DNA of 64,000 nucleotides, from the NCBI GenBank assembly GCA_965199855.1, contig OZ241326.1:1184001-1248000 (forward strand), in the 5' to 3' direction. This stretch comes from a bacterium. GTDB taxonomy: Bacteria; UBA8248. Made by a program: the position numbers and the translations under genes. The notes beneath the pieces are model-generated. The model did no database searches, was not told the origin of the DNA, and saw nothing but the letters and a program-made list of their open reading frames with translations. Shown here one piece after another: positions 9,007-18,277 of the stretch (positions within the stretch are counted from its first letter, which is position 1; each line of letters starts with the position of its first letter).

Positions 9007-9133
9007 ACCCGCCGGAATCGGCTGAAAACGCCCGATCGCCGGAAAAACGGGGCGCAGGGAAGCCCTGTAACGAACGATCTCGACCCTCCATGAGGGACGG
9101 GTCGGGGGAAATCGGGCATGATGCGGAGCGCAC

Positions 9134-9215
9134 GGCATGGCGTGGCCCGGCTGGGCAAGGCAAGGCAGGGCAGGGCGTGGCGCGGCAAGGCCAGGCTTGG
9201 CGTGGCACGGCATGG
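9134..9215. repeat. Degenerate pentamer array (GGCNN)x16
   Basis: GGCAT GGCGT GGCCC GGCTG GGCAA GGCAA GGCAG GGCAG GGCGT GGCGC GGCAA GGCCA GGCTT GGCGT GGCAC GGCAT GG. Confidence 0.9.
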
Positions 9216-9292
9216 AAGGGGAGCGGCGGCCCAAGTATGAGACCGCCGCAAAGGCTGACGGGGGCGGCTTCCGGTGAAACGGGAGCCGCCCT

Positions 9293-10456
9293 CTACCGCG
9301 CGGGCTTGATCCTGTAGACCGCTCCCCTCCCCTCGGAGAGGAACCAGATGGCGCCGTCGGGCGCTTCCCGAACGTCGCGGACGCGGGCGGTCTCGGGGAA
9401 GGCGAGCCGCTCCGCTTCCCGGAAGCCGTCCGCCGGGTCCAGCCGGGAGATGTGGTCGAATTTCAGGGAGCCGACGAAGAACTGCCCGCGCCACGCCGGC
9501 CGGAGCCGTCCCGAATAGATCGCCAGCCCCGAGGGGGCGATGGAGGGGTCCCAGTAGAAATCCGGCTGCTCCATGCCCTCTTTCGCGGCGCCGACGCCGA
9601 TTCTGGCGCCCGAATAGTGGCGGCCGTAGGCGATGACCGGCCACCCGTAGTTCTGGCCCCTCCTCACCCGGTTGATCTCGTCTCCGCCCCGCGCGCCGTG
9701 CTCGACGGCCCAGAGCGCGCCGGCCGCGTCGAGCGCCGCGCCCTGCGGGTTCCTGTGCCCCCAGGACCAGATTTCCGGGCGCGCCCCCGCCCGCCCGACG
9801 AGCGGATTGTCCCGGGGGACGCTCCCGTCGCGCCGGATGCGGATGATCTTGCCGTGGTGGAGGGAGAGGTCCTGCGCCGCGTCGCGGTCGCCCCTCTCTC
9901 CAACCGTCAGAAACAGGGTTCCGTCCGGCGCCTCCACGACCCGCGAGCCGAAATGCAGGCCCCCTGCGGACGGAGAGGCCATCTCGAAGATGACGCGCGG
10001 ATTCTCCAGCGCGCGGCCGTCGGATGAAAGCGCGGCGACGGCGAGCGCGGCGCCCGCGCCGCGGCGGGAGGGCTTCGAGAAGGTGAGGAAAATCTCGCGG
10101 CTTTCGGGAAAATCCCGCGCCGCGGCGACGTCGAGCAGTCCGCCCTGTCCCACCGTATAGACTTCCGGGACGCCCGAAACCTCCGTCTTCCCGCCCGCGG
10201 AATCGAAGTGGAGCAGCGAGCCGCCGCGCTCGGTGACCAGGAACGCTCCGCCCGGAAGGAACGCCAGCCCCCAGGGCGTATCCAGGCCCTCCGCCATCGC
10301 GTCGACCGAGACCGGGCCGGACGCCGTTCTCCGCTCCGCCGCCCATCCCGGCGCCGCGCAAAGCGCCAGGAGCAGCAAGGCGAGGAGGCGGCGGAGGGCC
10401 GCGGCGCGGTTCCCGGCCCGGGGGGCGGGGGCCGCATTCCTCGATGAGGCTTTCAT
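9293..10456 (-). CDS. PQQ-dependent sugar dehydrogenase (GSDH/YliI family), secreted
   Basis: GLDTPWGLAFLP, GQGGLLDV, HFGSR, GHRNPQG, EHGARGGDEIN, NYGWP. Confidence 0.92.
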   Translation of the reverse strand: MKASSRNAAPAPRAGNRAAALRRLLALLLLALCAAPGWAAERRTASGPVSVDAMAEGLDTPWGLAFLPGGAFLVTERGGSLLHFDSAGGKTEVSGVPEVYTVGQGGLLDVAAARDFPESREIFLTFSKPSRRGAGAALAVAALSSDGRALENPRVIFEMASPSAGGLHFGSRVVEAPDGTLFLTVGERGDRDAAQDLSLHHGKIIRIRRDGSVPRDNPLVGRAGARPEIWSWGHRNPQGAALDAAGALWAVEHGARGGDEINRVRRGQNYGWPVIAYGRHYSGARIGVGAAKEGMEQPDFYWDPSIAPSGLAIYSGRLRPAWRGQFFVGSLKFDHISRLDPADGFREAERLAFPETARVRDVREAPDGAIWFLSEGRGAVYRIKPAR

Positions 10457-10551
10457 GATCTCCACGACCTCCCCGGCGGCGTGAGCGCCCTCGCGTCCTC
10501 GGGCTGATTATATCGCGGCCGGGAAGCTTGACCAGGCGCTCCGCCCGGAGG

Positions 10552-11301
10552 CTACAGCGTCAGGACGAAGCGCGCCACCAGGCTCGTGGCGGTGAGGAGC
10601 AGGACGACCCGGATGATGCGGTAGAAGAGGGCGCGGTCGATGCGCTCGCGGATTCTGACGCCCGCCCAGTAGCCGAGATAGACGGGGACGATCGCCAGAA
10701 GCGCCTCGATGAGGCGCGGCCTCGAGTAGAAGCCGCCGAGCGAGAGGGTGAGGAGCATGACGGCCATGCCCGACGTGTTGAAGGCGTTCATCAGGAAGAT
10801 GAAGGGGCTTTTCGGCAGACGGAGCATGGTGAAGTAGATGGTGTTGACGACGCCGCTGATGGTCGTCGCCCCATAGACGAAGCCGAGAGCCGCGCCCATG
10901 CCGGCGCCCAGCGCCCGCCGGAGGCCCGCGCCCGGCTCCCCGAGGGAGTCCAGCCGCCGCTCGACGATGAGATAGGCGTACGCCATGAGGCCCATCATCA
11001 GGCGGATCAGGTCGGGGTCGCCGAAGCCCAGAAACCAGACCCCGACCGGGATGGACGCCAGGGCGCACAGCAGATAGGGCGCGATTCGCGCCAGGACGCG
11101 CCGCTCCTCCCGCAGCCGCCAGACGTCGGTTAGGTTCGAGAGGAGGAGCGCGGGTACGAGCAGGGTGACGACCCTTTCGGGGGCGAGCGGAAGGGCGAGG
11201 AGCGGGGCGGCGACCATGGGCATCCCGAAGCCGATGGAGCCCTTGACGAAGCCCCCCAGAAAGAGGACGCCCGCGACGAAGAGAATTTCCGGCTCGCTCA
11301 T
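10552..11301 (-). CDS. TauE/SafE family membrane exporter
   Basis: GGFVKGSIGFG motif, about 8 hydrophobic segments. Confidence 0.85.
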   Translation of the reverse strand: MSEPEILFVAGVLFLGGFVKGSIGFGMPMVAAPLLALPLAPERVVTLLVPALLLSNLTDVWRLREERRVLARIAPYLLCALASIPVGVWFLGFGDPDLIRLMMGLMAYAYLIVERRLDSLGEPGAGLRRALGAGMGAALGFVYGATTISGVVNTIYFTMLRLPKSPFIFLMNAFNTSGMAVMLLTLSLGGFYSRPRLIEALLAIVPVYLGYWAGVRIRERIDRALFYRIIRVVLLLTATSLVARFVLTL

Positions 11302-11452
11302 GTCAAGCCCGAGAAGGGGGGAGAGGCTTTGTTGCTCCGAAAGGAGGCGGGAGGGGCGGGCGCCCGGCCGAAGGCGGGGAGGCCGGCGGAGCGCGCTCCC
11401 TCTCTCGCGGCGCGGCCGCGCTCTCCCGGCGGGAGGCTTTCGCCCGCGCGCC

Positions 11453-12259
11453 TCAGCCGGCGATGTCCTCGCCGCCGTCCACGCGAATCACGTCTCCCGT
11501 CATCCACCGCGTGCCGGAGACGGCCAGCGCCGCGATGGCGTCGGCGACCTTCCGCGGCGTCGTGAGCTCCCCGTGGGGGTTCAAGCTCATCGTGTGGGCG
11601 ATCATCTCCTCGCTTCCGGGAATTTTCCTGAGCGCGGGGGTGTCGGTCACGCCCGCCTGGATGCTGTTCGCCGTGATGCCCTTCGGCGCGAGCTCCACGG
11701 CGAGCTGGCGGACGTGGCTCTCGAGCGCGGCCTTGGCCGCCGAGACGGCGCCGTAGGTCTTCCAGATGCGGTGCCCGCCCGCGCTCGTCATGGCGTAGAT
11801 GCGCCCGCCCGCGCCCATCAGCCCGCGCCGCACGAGCGCCTGCGTCCAATAGACGAGGCTGTTCGCCATGACGTCGAGCGTCATCTCGAGCTGCCTGGGC
11901 GCGATGGCGTCCTTCTCCTCCTCGGCGATGAAGGGCTTGAGCGTCCCGAAGGCCAGGCTGTGCAGGAGAATCCGCACCGCGCCGCCGGCGCCCTCTCCCA
12001 GCCGGCCCTCCATCTCCCCCAGCACGCGCTCGCGCTCCTCGTGGCCCGCCGCGTTCACGTTGAAGTAGAGGGATTCGGCCCCGTTCCCCTTGATTTCCTC
12101 GCGGATGCGCTCCACGTTCGCCAGCCCGGCCCTGCGGTCGAGGTGAACGCCGAAGACGTTCACGCCCAGGCGCGAGAGCGCGAGGGCGTTCGCCTCGCCG
12201 AAGCCGCTGCTCGCCCCCAGGATGAGCGCCCAGCTTCCTTCCAGTTCCGTCTTCCCCAC
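11453..12259 (-). CDS. SDR family oxidoreductase, enoyl-ACP reductase (FabL-like)
   Basis: LILGASSGFG, YGAVSAAKAALE, ELAPKGITAN, TGDVIRVDGG; GTG start inferred. Confidence 0.85.
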   Translation of the reverse strand: MGKTELEGSWALILGASSGFGEANALALSRLGVNVFGVHLDRRAGLANVERIREEIKGNGAESLYFNVNAAGHEERERVLGEMEGRLGEGAGGAVRILLHSLAFGTLKPFIAEEEKDAIAPRQLEMTLDVMANSLVYWTQALVRRGLMGAGGRIYAMTSAGGHRIWKTYGAVSAAKAALESHVRQLAVELAPKGITANSIQAGVTDTPALRKIPGSEEMIAHTMSLNPHGELTTPRKVADAIAALAVSGTRWMTGDVIRVDGGEDIAG

Positions 12260-12546
12260 GCCGTTTTTCTCCTTCTTCGAGCGATGCGGTTCGCCGCGTC
12301 CGCCCCGGTTATAGCACATCCGCGCGCCCGCCCGCTTCATCCGCGCGAACTCAAAGCCCCGCGCCCCCGCGGCCGTCATTTTGGGGCGGATGAGGCTCGA
12401 CTTTCCCGGGGCGGGGTGCTAAGGTGCGGGCCGCTGGGGGCGGACATGGTTTCCGGCTTTCCGGGACAGGCTTTATGAGCGGGCGTCTCGCTCCCCCGAA
12501 TTCGGGGCGCGCGGGGCGCTGATTCTATCAGGGGGGAATGCGACTC

Positions 12547-12798
12547 ATGCGGAAAACGACGGGTATGGTTCTGGCTCTCGGGGCGGCGCTGGCGCTGGCG
12601 GGGTGCGGGGGCTCCCAGACGGTCTGGGTGAAGCAGGGCGTGGACATGGCGCAGGCCGCGAGCGAGCTCAGGGGCTGCGCGGAGCGGGAGGGCTTCATCT
12701 TCAAGGAGAAGGAGGTCCAGGCGGTCAGCTCCGAGGTGACCTACGCGGCGAGCAAATTCGACTCGTGCATGACGGGCAAGAAGTTCAGGAAGAAATAG
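12547..12798 (+). CDS. Small lipoprotein
   Basis: Lipobox LAGC after a hydrophobic signal; two further Cys. Confidence 0.75.
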   Translation: MRKTTGMVLALGAALALAGCGGSQTVWVKQGVDMAQAASELRGCAEREGFIFKEKEVQAVSSEVTYAASKFDSCMTGKKFRKK

Positions 12799-12807
12799 GG
12801 CGTTTTC

Positions 12808-13368
12808 ATGGAGCGGGGCGAGGCGCCCTCCCGCCGGGAAGCCGAGCGGGCGGCCGAGCGCAAAACCTTCGAGGAGCACCGCGCCGAGGGGCCGCAGGCC
12901 GTCGCCTGCGGCGTCCTCACCGTGAGCGACACGCGCGAGGCGGCGACCGACACCAGCGGCGCGCTCATCCGCAACATGCTGGAGGAGGCGGGCCACCGGG
13001 TGTCGTTCTACCGCATCGTGAAGGACGAGCCCGCGCGGATTCGGGAGGCGCTGCTCGAGGCCTGCGGCGACCCCTCGGTTCAGGTGGTGATATCGAACGG
13101 CGGCACCGGCATCGCGAAGCGCGACACGACCTACGACGTCGTCGTCTCCCTCCTGGAGAAGGAGATGCCCGGCTTCGGCGAGCTGTTCCGGAGCGTGAGC
13201 TTCCAGGAGATCGGAACGGCGGCCATGCTCACCCGCGCGACGGCGGGAACCTGCCGCGACACCATCATCATGACCCTTCCGGGCTCGGGAAACGCCTGCC
13301 GCTCGGGCATGGAGAAAATCATCCTGCCCGAGATCAGCCACATGGTGCGCGAAGTCCTGAAGGCGTGA
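12808..13368 (+). CDS. moaB: Molybdenum cofactor biosynthesis protein B (MoaB/Mog family)
   Basis: LTVSD, GGTGIAKRDTT, KEMPGFGELFR, LPGS. Confidence 0.9.
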   Translation: MERGEAPSRREAERAAERKTFEEHRAEGPQAVACGVLTVSDTREAATDTSGALIRNMLEEAGHRVSFYRIVKDEPARIREALLEACGDPSVQVVISNGGTGIAKRDTTYDVVVSLLEKEMPGFGELFRSVSFQEIGTAAMLTRATAGTCRDTIIMTLPGSGNACRSGMEKIILPEISHMVREVLKA

Positions 13369-13519
13369 GAGCCGGGCGCTTTCCCGCGTTCGGGTTGACC
13401 CGGGGCCTTCAAAGCGGCTAGGTTTGACGCGGATTCCGCGCCGGAGGCGCTCCCGTGCGGAACGAGAGCGGCCCGCCCCGAAAGGGGCGCTTCCTTCGCC
13501 CCCGACGAGGTTCGCCGCA

Positions 13520-14005
13520 GTGGAAAGCCACGCGGTCTATCCGGGAACGTTCGATCCCCCGACGAAGGGGCACTTCGACGTCGTCCGCAGGAGCCGGAAG
13601 CTCTTCTCGCGGGTCACCGTGGCGATTTCCGCGCACCCCTTGAAGGCGCCCCTGTTCAGCTTCGAGGAGCGCAGGGATTTTTTCCTGCGCGAGTTCGAGG
13701 GGGCGGAGCGGCTCGACGTGGCGGGCTTCGAGCGGGAGCTGCTGGTGGACTTCGCCCGGAAGCTGGACGCCCAGGCCGTCATTCGCGGCCTTCGCGCCGT
13801 GAGCGACTTCGACTATGAGCTGCAGATGACGCTCATGAACCGAAGGCTGAACGAGGAGATCGAGACGATTTTTCTCATGCCCAGCGAGCAATACAGCTTT
13901 TTGAGTTCGAGCCTCGTCAAGGAGGTCGCCTCGCTCGGCGGAGACGTGAGCGAGCACGTCTCTCCCGCCGTGCGCGAGGCGCTCGGCGAGCGCTTCCGCC
14001 GCTGA
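13520..14005 (+). CDS. coaD: Phosphopantetheine adenylyltransferase
   Basis: AVYPGTFDPPTKGH, IRGLRAVSDFDYE, SFLSSSLVKEVA. Confidence 0.95.
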   Translation: MESHAVYPGTFDPPTKGHFDVVRRSRKLFSRVTVAISAHPLKAPLFSFEERRDFFLREFEGAERLDVAGFERELLVDFARKLDAQAVIRGLRAVSDFDYELQMTLMNRRLNEEIETIFLMPSEQYSFLSSSLVKEVASLGGDVSEHVSPAVREALGERFRR

Positions 14006-14033
14006 CGTTCATTCCCCGACACTGGAGTCTCCC

Positions 14034-15230
14034 ATGCGCCTCGCGTCCCGGATGAGCAAGCTGCCCCCCATTCCCACCCTGGCGATGAACACCCGGGCGG
14101 CCGAGATGAAGGCGCGGGGCGCGGACGTCATCTCCTTCGCCGCGGGCGAGCCCGACTTCGACACGCCGGAGCACGTCAAGGAGGGCGCCGTTCGGGGGCT
14201 GCGCGACGGCGCGACGAAATACACGGCGGTGCGGGGGACGCCCGCCCTGCGGGAGGCGATTTGCGATTGGGTCGAGGAGCACAAGGGCCTCCGGTATGAC
14301 CCGAAAACGGAAGCCATCGTCACCGTGGGCGGGAAGCAGTCGGTGTTCAACGCCCTGCACGTTCTCGTCGAGGAGGGCGACGAGGTCGTCATCCCGGCGC
14401 CGATATGGGTGGCGTATGAGCCCGTCGCCGCCCTGACGGGGGCGAAGCCGGTTCTCGTTCAGACGAGCGAGGAGAACGGCCACAAGATGACGGCCGAGGA
14501 ATTGCGCGAGGCCCTCTCGCCGCGCTCGAGAATCGTGGTGATCAACAGCCCGTGCAACCCGACGGGCTGCGTGTATGATCGCCGGGAGCTGGAGGCGATC
14601 GCCGAGGTCGTCCTCTCCACGGACGCCCTGGTCATGTCCGATGAGATTTACGGCAAAATCACCTACGACGGCGAGGCGCACGTCTCGATAGCGAGCCTCT
14701 CTCCCGAAATGAAGGCGCGCACCCTCGTTCTGGACGGGTTCTCGAAAACCTACGCCATGACGGGCTGGCGGGTGGGCTATACCCTCGCCGCCCCCGAAAT
14801 CGTCGAGGCCATGGACACCCTGCAGGGGCAAAGCACGAGCAACGCCACCTCCTTCGCCCAATACGGGGGCGTCGCCGCCCTCAAGGGCTCCCACGCCTTC
14901 CTGAACGAGTGGATCGCGCAATACGACGCGAGGAGAAAGGCGATTGTCGAGGGGTTCGGGGGCATAGAGGGGCTGAGCGTCGTGAACCCCAAGGGCGCGT
15001 TTTACGCCTTTCCCCGGGTGAGCGGCCTCTTCGGGCGCCGGGGGCCGGACGGGGCGCTGCGAACCTCCATGGACGTGGGGCTGTATCTGCTCGAACATGC
15101 GCGGTGCGCGGGCGTGCCGGGGGCGGGATTCGGAAACGACGACTACGTCCGCTTCTCCTACGCGACCTCCCTGGAGAACGTGAAGGAGGGCGTCGAGCGC
15201 ATCCGGGCGGCGGTGGAGCGGCTCGACTGA
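14034..15230 (+). CDS. Class I PLP-dependent (aspartate) aminotransferase
   Basis: GEPDFDTP, NSPCNPTG, SDEIY, GFSKTYAMTGWRVGY. Confidence 0.93.
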   Translation: MRLASRMSKLPPIPTLAMNTRAAEMKARGADVISFAAGEPDFDTPEHVKEGAVRGLRDGATKYTAVRGTPALREAICDWVEEHKGLRYDPKTEAIVTVGGKQSVFNALHVLVEEGDEVVIPAPIWVAYEPVAALTGAKPVLVQTSEENGHKMTAEELREALSPRSRIVVINSPCNPTGCVYDRRELEAIAEVVLSTDALVMSDEIYGKITYDGEAHVSIASLSPEMKARTLVLDGFSKTYAMTGWRVGYTLAAPEIVEAMDTLQGQSTSNATSFAQYGGVAALKGSHAFLNEWIAQYDARRKAIVEGFGGIEGLSVVNPKGAFYAFPRVSGLFGRRGPDGALRTSMDVGLYLLEHARCAGVPGAGFGNDDYVRFSYATSLENVKEGVERIRAAVERLD

Positions 15231-15445
15231 TGCGCAGCCTGGGACGCGCCCTTCAGATTCTCGCCATGGTGGACTGCGGGGTCGCCCTGCTCATCGGCGC
15301 GCTGAATCCCTCGGCCTACGCCGTCCAGCTCGTCGTCCTGGCCTCGGCGGTCGCTCTGTTCGCCGCCGGGCGCCTGCTTCAGAAAAAGGCGGGTGCGCCC
15401 TCCCTCGGCGAGCGCCATCGCCCACCCGTTTCCGGGGGTGAGTGA
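15230..15445 (+). CDS. Small two-TM membrane protein
   Basis: TGATG overlap with the upstream stop; two hydrophobic segments. Confidence 0.6.
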   Translation: MRSLGRALQILAMVDCGVALLIGALNPSAYAVQLVVLASAVALFAAGRLLQKKAGAPSLGERHRPPVSGGE

Positions 15446-16829
15446 GGGCGTCCCCGAACGGGCGCGAGGCTCGCTTCGCGCCTGGTGGGAATCTTCCTCC
15501 GGCCGCTATCTCTCCGACAGCTTCGGGGAGGCGGGCGCAGAAATCGAAAAACACTTCACGGAAACGCTCTTTCCTCCCGGGGCGAGGCCCGCCCCGCCTG
15601 ATCGCGCGCTCCCGATCGCCTTCCTCCATCTGAGGCTGCTGGCCGGCGAGGAGCTGGGCTTCGCGCTCGGGCGTCTGGAGAGGCTGGCGGCGCGCTGGGG
15701 CGTTCAGGGAGCGAAGCCCTCCATCGGCGTCCCGTATCTGATGCTGGCGGCGCTCACCTCCAGGCCGGGGAAACTCTCGTCCATGGCGAGGGCGCAGTCC
15801 GCGTTCTTCAGCCTGCTGCTCCGCCGCCTGGCGAACATGCTCGACGAGGGCGCGGACGAGGGCGTCCTGCGCGAGGAGCTCTCGGAGGTCTGGGAGATCC
15901 GGAGCGAAGCGGCGGCGGACGCCGCTCTGGAGGGCGCGCGCGGCCTCTGGCGGCGTTCGGGGGATTCCCGCCTCGGGCTCGCGCCCCTGCCGGTGAACCT
16001 GGAGGCATGGCTCGGGGAGAACGGCCTGGCCGAAAGCGCCGCGGAGGCGAGGCGGACGTATCGGGACGCGAGCGAAACCCCCCATCTCTCCGAAATGCCG
16101 CGTCGGCTGGCGGCGATAGAGGCGCTGGGCGACGCCCTGGAGTCCGCGGAAGAGGCGGGCCGCAGGACGGTTTTGGGGGAGATGCGGACGGCGCTGCGGG
16201 AGAGCCTCGAGGGCGCCATGGAGGGCATGACGCCCTGGGAGTCGGAAATCCTGCGTCCCGCCCCGCCGCTGCTGCGCTCCCTGCTCTCCTGGGCGGACAG
16301 GCTCCGGCTGCTGGACGAGGGCGAGACGCCCACGGCGCATCCCGGCCGGGAGAGGCTGCCCGACTGGCTCGAAAATTTTCCGGGCGAGCGGGAGGGGGGG
16401 GCGGGCGTTCTCGCGGCGCGCCGGTTCATCGTGGGCGGGGAGACCTACATCGCGGCCGGCGTCAGTGCGTCGGCGCCCTCCGAAGCGCTCTCGGTCGCCC
16501 TGGCGCCGCCGACGATGGAAGCGGGCGCGCTGCGCCTGAACGTCCGCTTCGGGAGGGAGGCGGAAAAATCCTTCCCGTTCCGGCTGGAGAACGGACGAGA
16601 CCTTCTGGCGGCGCTCTATCTGGCGGCGCAGGACGACCTTCGGCTGGATTTCCTCGTTCGGGGGGCGGATGGAATCCGGCGCTTCGGCGCCTCCGCGTAT
16701 CCGGCGGTGCCGCAGGAGCACAGGGCGGCCTGGCTCGGGCGGCTGCTTTCCTTTCTGGAGGAAAAATTCGGAGGGGAGGAGGGCCGGATTCGCCTGGAGA
16801 TACTCAAGGGCGTGAAGGGCGAAGCATGA
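15438..16829 (+). CDS. Hypothetical protein
   Basis: Long ORF with host codon usage, GTG start overlapping the upstream gene. Confidence 0.65.
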   Translation: MSEGVPERARGSLRAWWESSSGRYLSDSFGEAGAEIEKHFTETLFPPGARPAPPDRALPIAFLHLRLLAGEELGFALGRLERLAARWGVQGAKPSIGVPYLMLAALTSRPGKLSSMARAQSAFFSLLLRRLANMLDEGADEGVLREELSEVWEIRSEAAADAALEGARGLWRRSGDSRLGLAPLPVNLEAWLGENGLAESAAEARRTYRDASETPHLSEMPRRLAAIEALGDALESAEEAGRRTVLGEMRTALRESLEGAMEGMTPWESEILRPAPPLLRSLLSWADRLRLLDEGETPTAHPGRERLPDWLENFPGEREGGAGVLAARRFIVGGETYIAAGVSASAPSEALSVALAPPTMEAGALRLNVRFGREAEKSFPFRLENGRDLLAALYLAAQDDLRLDFLVRGADGIRRFGASAYPAVPQEHRAAWLGRLLSFLEEKFGGEEGRIRLEILKGVKGEA

Positions 16830-16856
16830 GACGGAGCGCGCGCCGGCGGGCGGTCT

Positions 16857-18134
16857 TTAAGCCCGCACCCGCCAGACGAGGGCCACGGCGATGAGCCGAC
16901 TGGCCGCCATGGCGGTGAACACCCAGAACCACCCGTTCGGGACGGCCAGGGAGAGCCACCCGAAGAACATGGCCTGGAGCGCGCCGTAGATGTAGCCGTG
17001 AGCGTCGAGGACGCCCGCCGCGGTTCCGGCCAGCCGCCTGCCGGCCAGGTCCACCCCCAGCGCCTGGACGGTGGACATGTTGACGCAGAATCCGCCCGTG
17101 ATGAGCAGAGCGACGGCGAGGGGAACGCTGTCGGCGGGCGCGTAGGCGATCCCCATCATCGCGGCGGCGCTCAGAAAGGCGGCGAGCATGATGACGATGG
17201 AGCGGTTGCTCCTGAAGAAGCGATCCGAAATGACGCCGCCGAATATGGGGCCGAACAGATACCCCAGGGGATAGGCGAAGGTGAGCAGGCCCATCTGCCG
17301 GAGGTCGAACCCGCCCGCCTGGGCGTAATACAGGGGCGCCCAGGAGACGACGCCGTAGCGCACCACGTTGTCCAGCCCCTTCACGTGGCAGGCCAGGAAG
17401 AAGCGCAGGTTGGTCATCAGGTGAACGTAGGCTTTCAGGCCGCGCTCGCTCCCGCTGCCCGCCGCCTCGGCTTCGCGCGATACGTCGTCCGCCTCCCTGT
17501 ATTCCGGAAGGCTCAGATCCGCGGGCCTGTCCCTGGTGATGAGGTAGAAGACGATTCCCATGGCGGCGATGATCAGGGGGGGGTAGCGAATCGCGGCCCG
17601 CCAGCCGTATTGCGCCGCCGTCCAGGGCACGATCGCCCAGACGATGAGGAGCGCGATTCCGGCGGAGGTTCCGACGAGGCCGATCGCCTGCCCCCGCTCG
17701 CGCCTGGGCCACCATTGCGCCACGAGGCCCAGCCCCGGCCCCCACGTCGCCGCGTTCACGAAGCCGACCATCGCCCAGGGGACGGCGAGGGAGGCGATGG
17801 AGCTCCCGAAGCTGGCGAGGAAGTTGAACAGGGAGGTGGAGACGGCGGCGAAGAGGATGGTGTTTCTGTAGCCGACCTTCTCCGCGATGCGCCCGAAAAC
17901 CAGGTCGCCGAAGGCGAAGCCCCAGAACATCCACGAGTTGATCCATCCGGTGTCGAGGCGCGTCATGCCGAGGTCCTGGATGACGGCGTATTGCACCAGG
18001 CTGAAGTTGAACCTGCCCAGATAGTTGAAGGCGTAGAAGACGCAAAAGGCGATGAGGACGCGCCATTTCCACCGGTGGAACGCGGGCGGCAGGTCGTGAT
18101 AATCGACCTGGGCGGGGTTTCCCCGAGAAGTCAT
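16857..18134 (-). CDS. MFS transporter (GlpT/UhpC-like organophosphate antiporter family)
   Basis: YAFNYLGRFNFS, WWPRRERG, SDRFFRSNR, AGTAAGVLD; about 12 TM. Confidence 0.88.
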   Translation of the reverse strand: MTSRGNPAQVDYHDLPPAFHRWKWRVLIAFCVFYAFNYLGRFNFSLVQYAVIQDLGMTRLDTGWINSWMFWGFAFGDLVFGRIAEKVGYRNTILFAAVSTSLFNFLASFGSSIASLAVPWAMVGFVNAATWGPGLGLVAQWWPRRERGQAIGLVGTSAGIALLIVWAIVPWTAAQYGWRAAIRYPPLIIAAMGIVFYLITRDRPADLSLPEYREADDVSREAEAAGSGSERGLKAYVHLMTNLRFFLACHVKGLDNVVRYGVVSWAPLYYAQAGGFDLRQMGLLTFAYPLGYLFGPIFGGVISDRFFRSNRSIVIMLAAFLSAAAMMGIAYAPADSVPLAVALLITGGFCVNMSTVQALGVDLAGRRLAGTAAGVLDAHGYIYGALQAMFFGWLSLAVPNGWFWVFTAMAASRLIAVALVWRVRA

Positions 18135-18277
18135 GCCCGATGCGCCGCTTCAGCCGACGGGCGCCGCCGGCCGGGGGGCGGAGTCGCCCCGGCCTGCTTC
18201 GGGCGTTTCGGGATTGTCGGGAAGGCTCGCGCACTTCCGCCCGCGGCGTCGGCTGAAGGGGCGGCTTTCGCGTCCGC

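Noticed and set aside
7818-9015. Integron gene cassettes (GTTAAAC at 9002 fits GTTRRRY)
   Set aside because: No RYYYAAC inverse core or attC-like fold, the other junctions do not fit, and no integrase is present.
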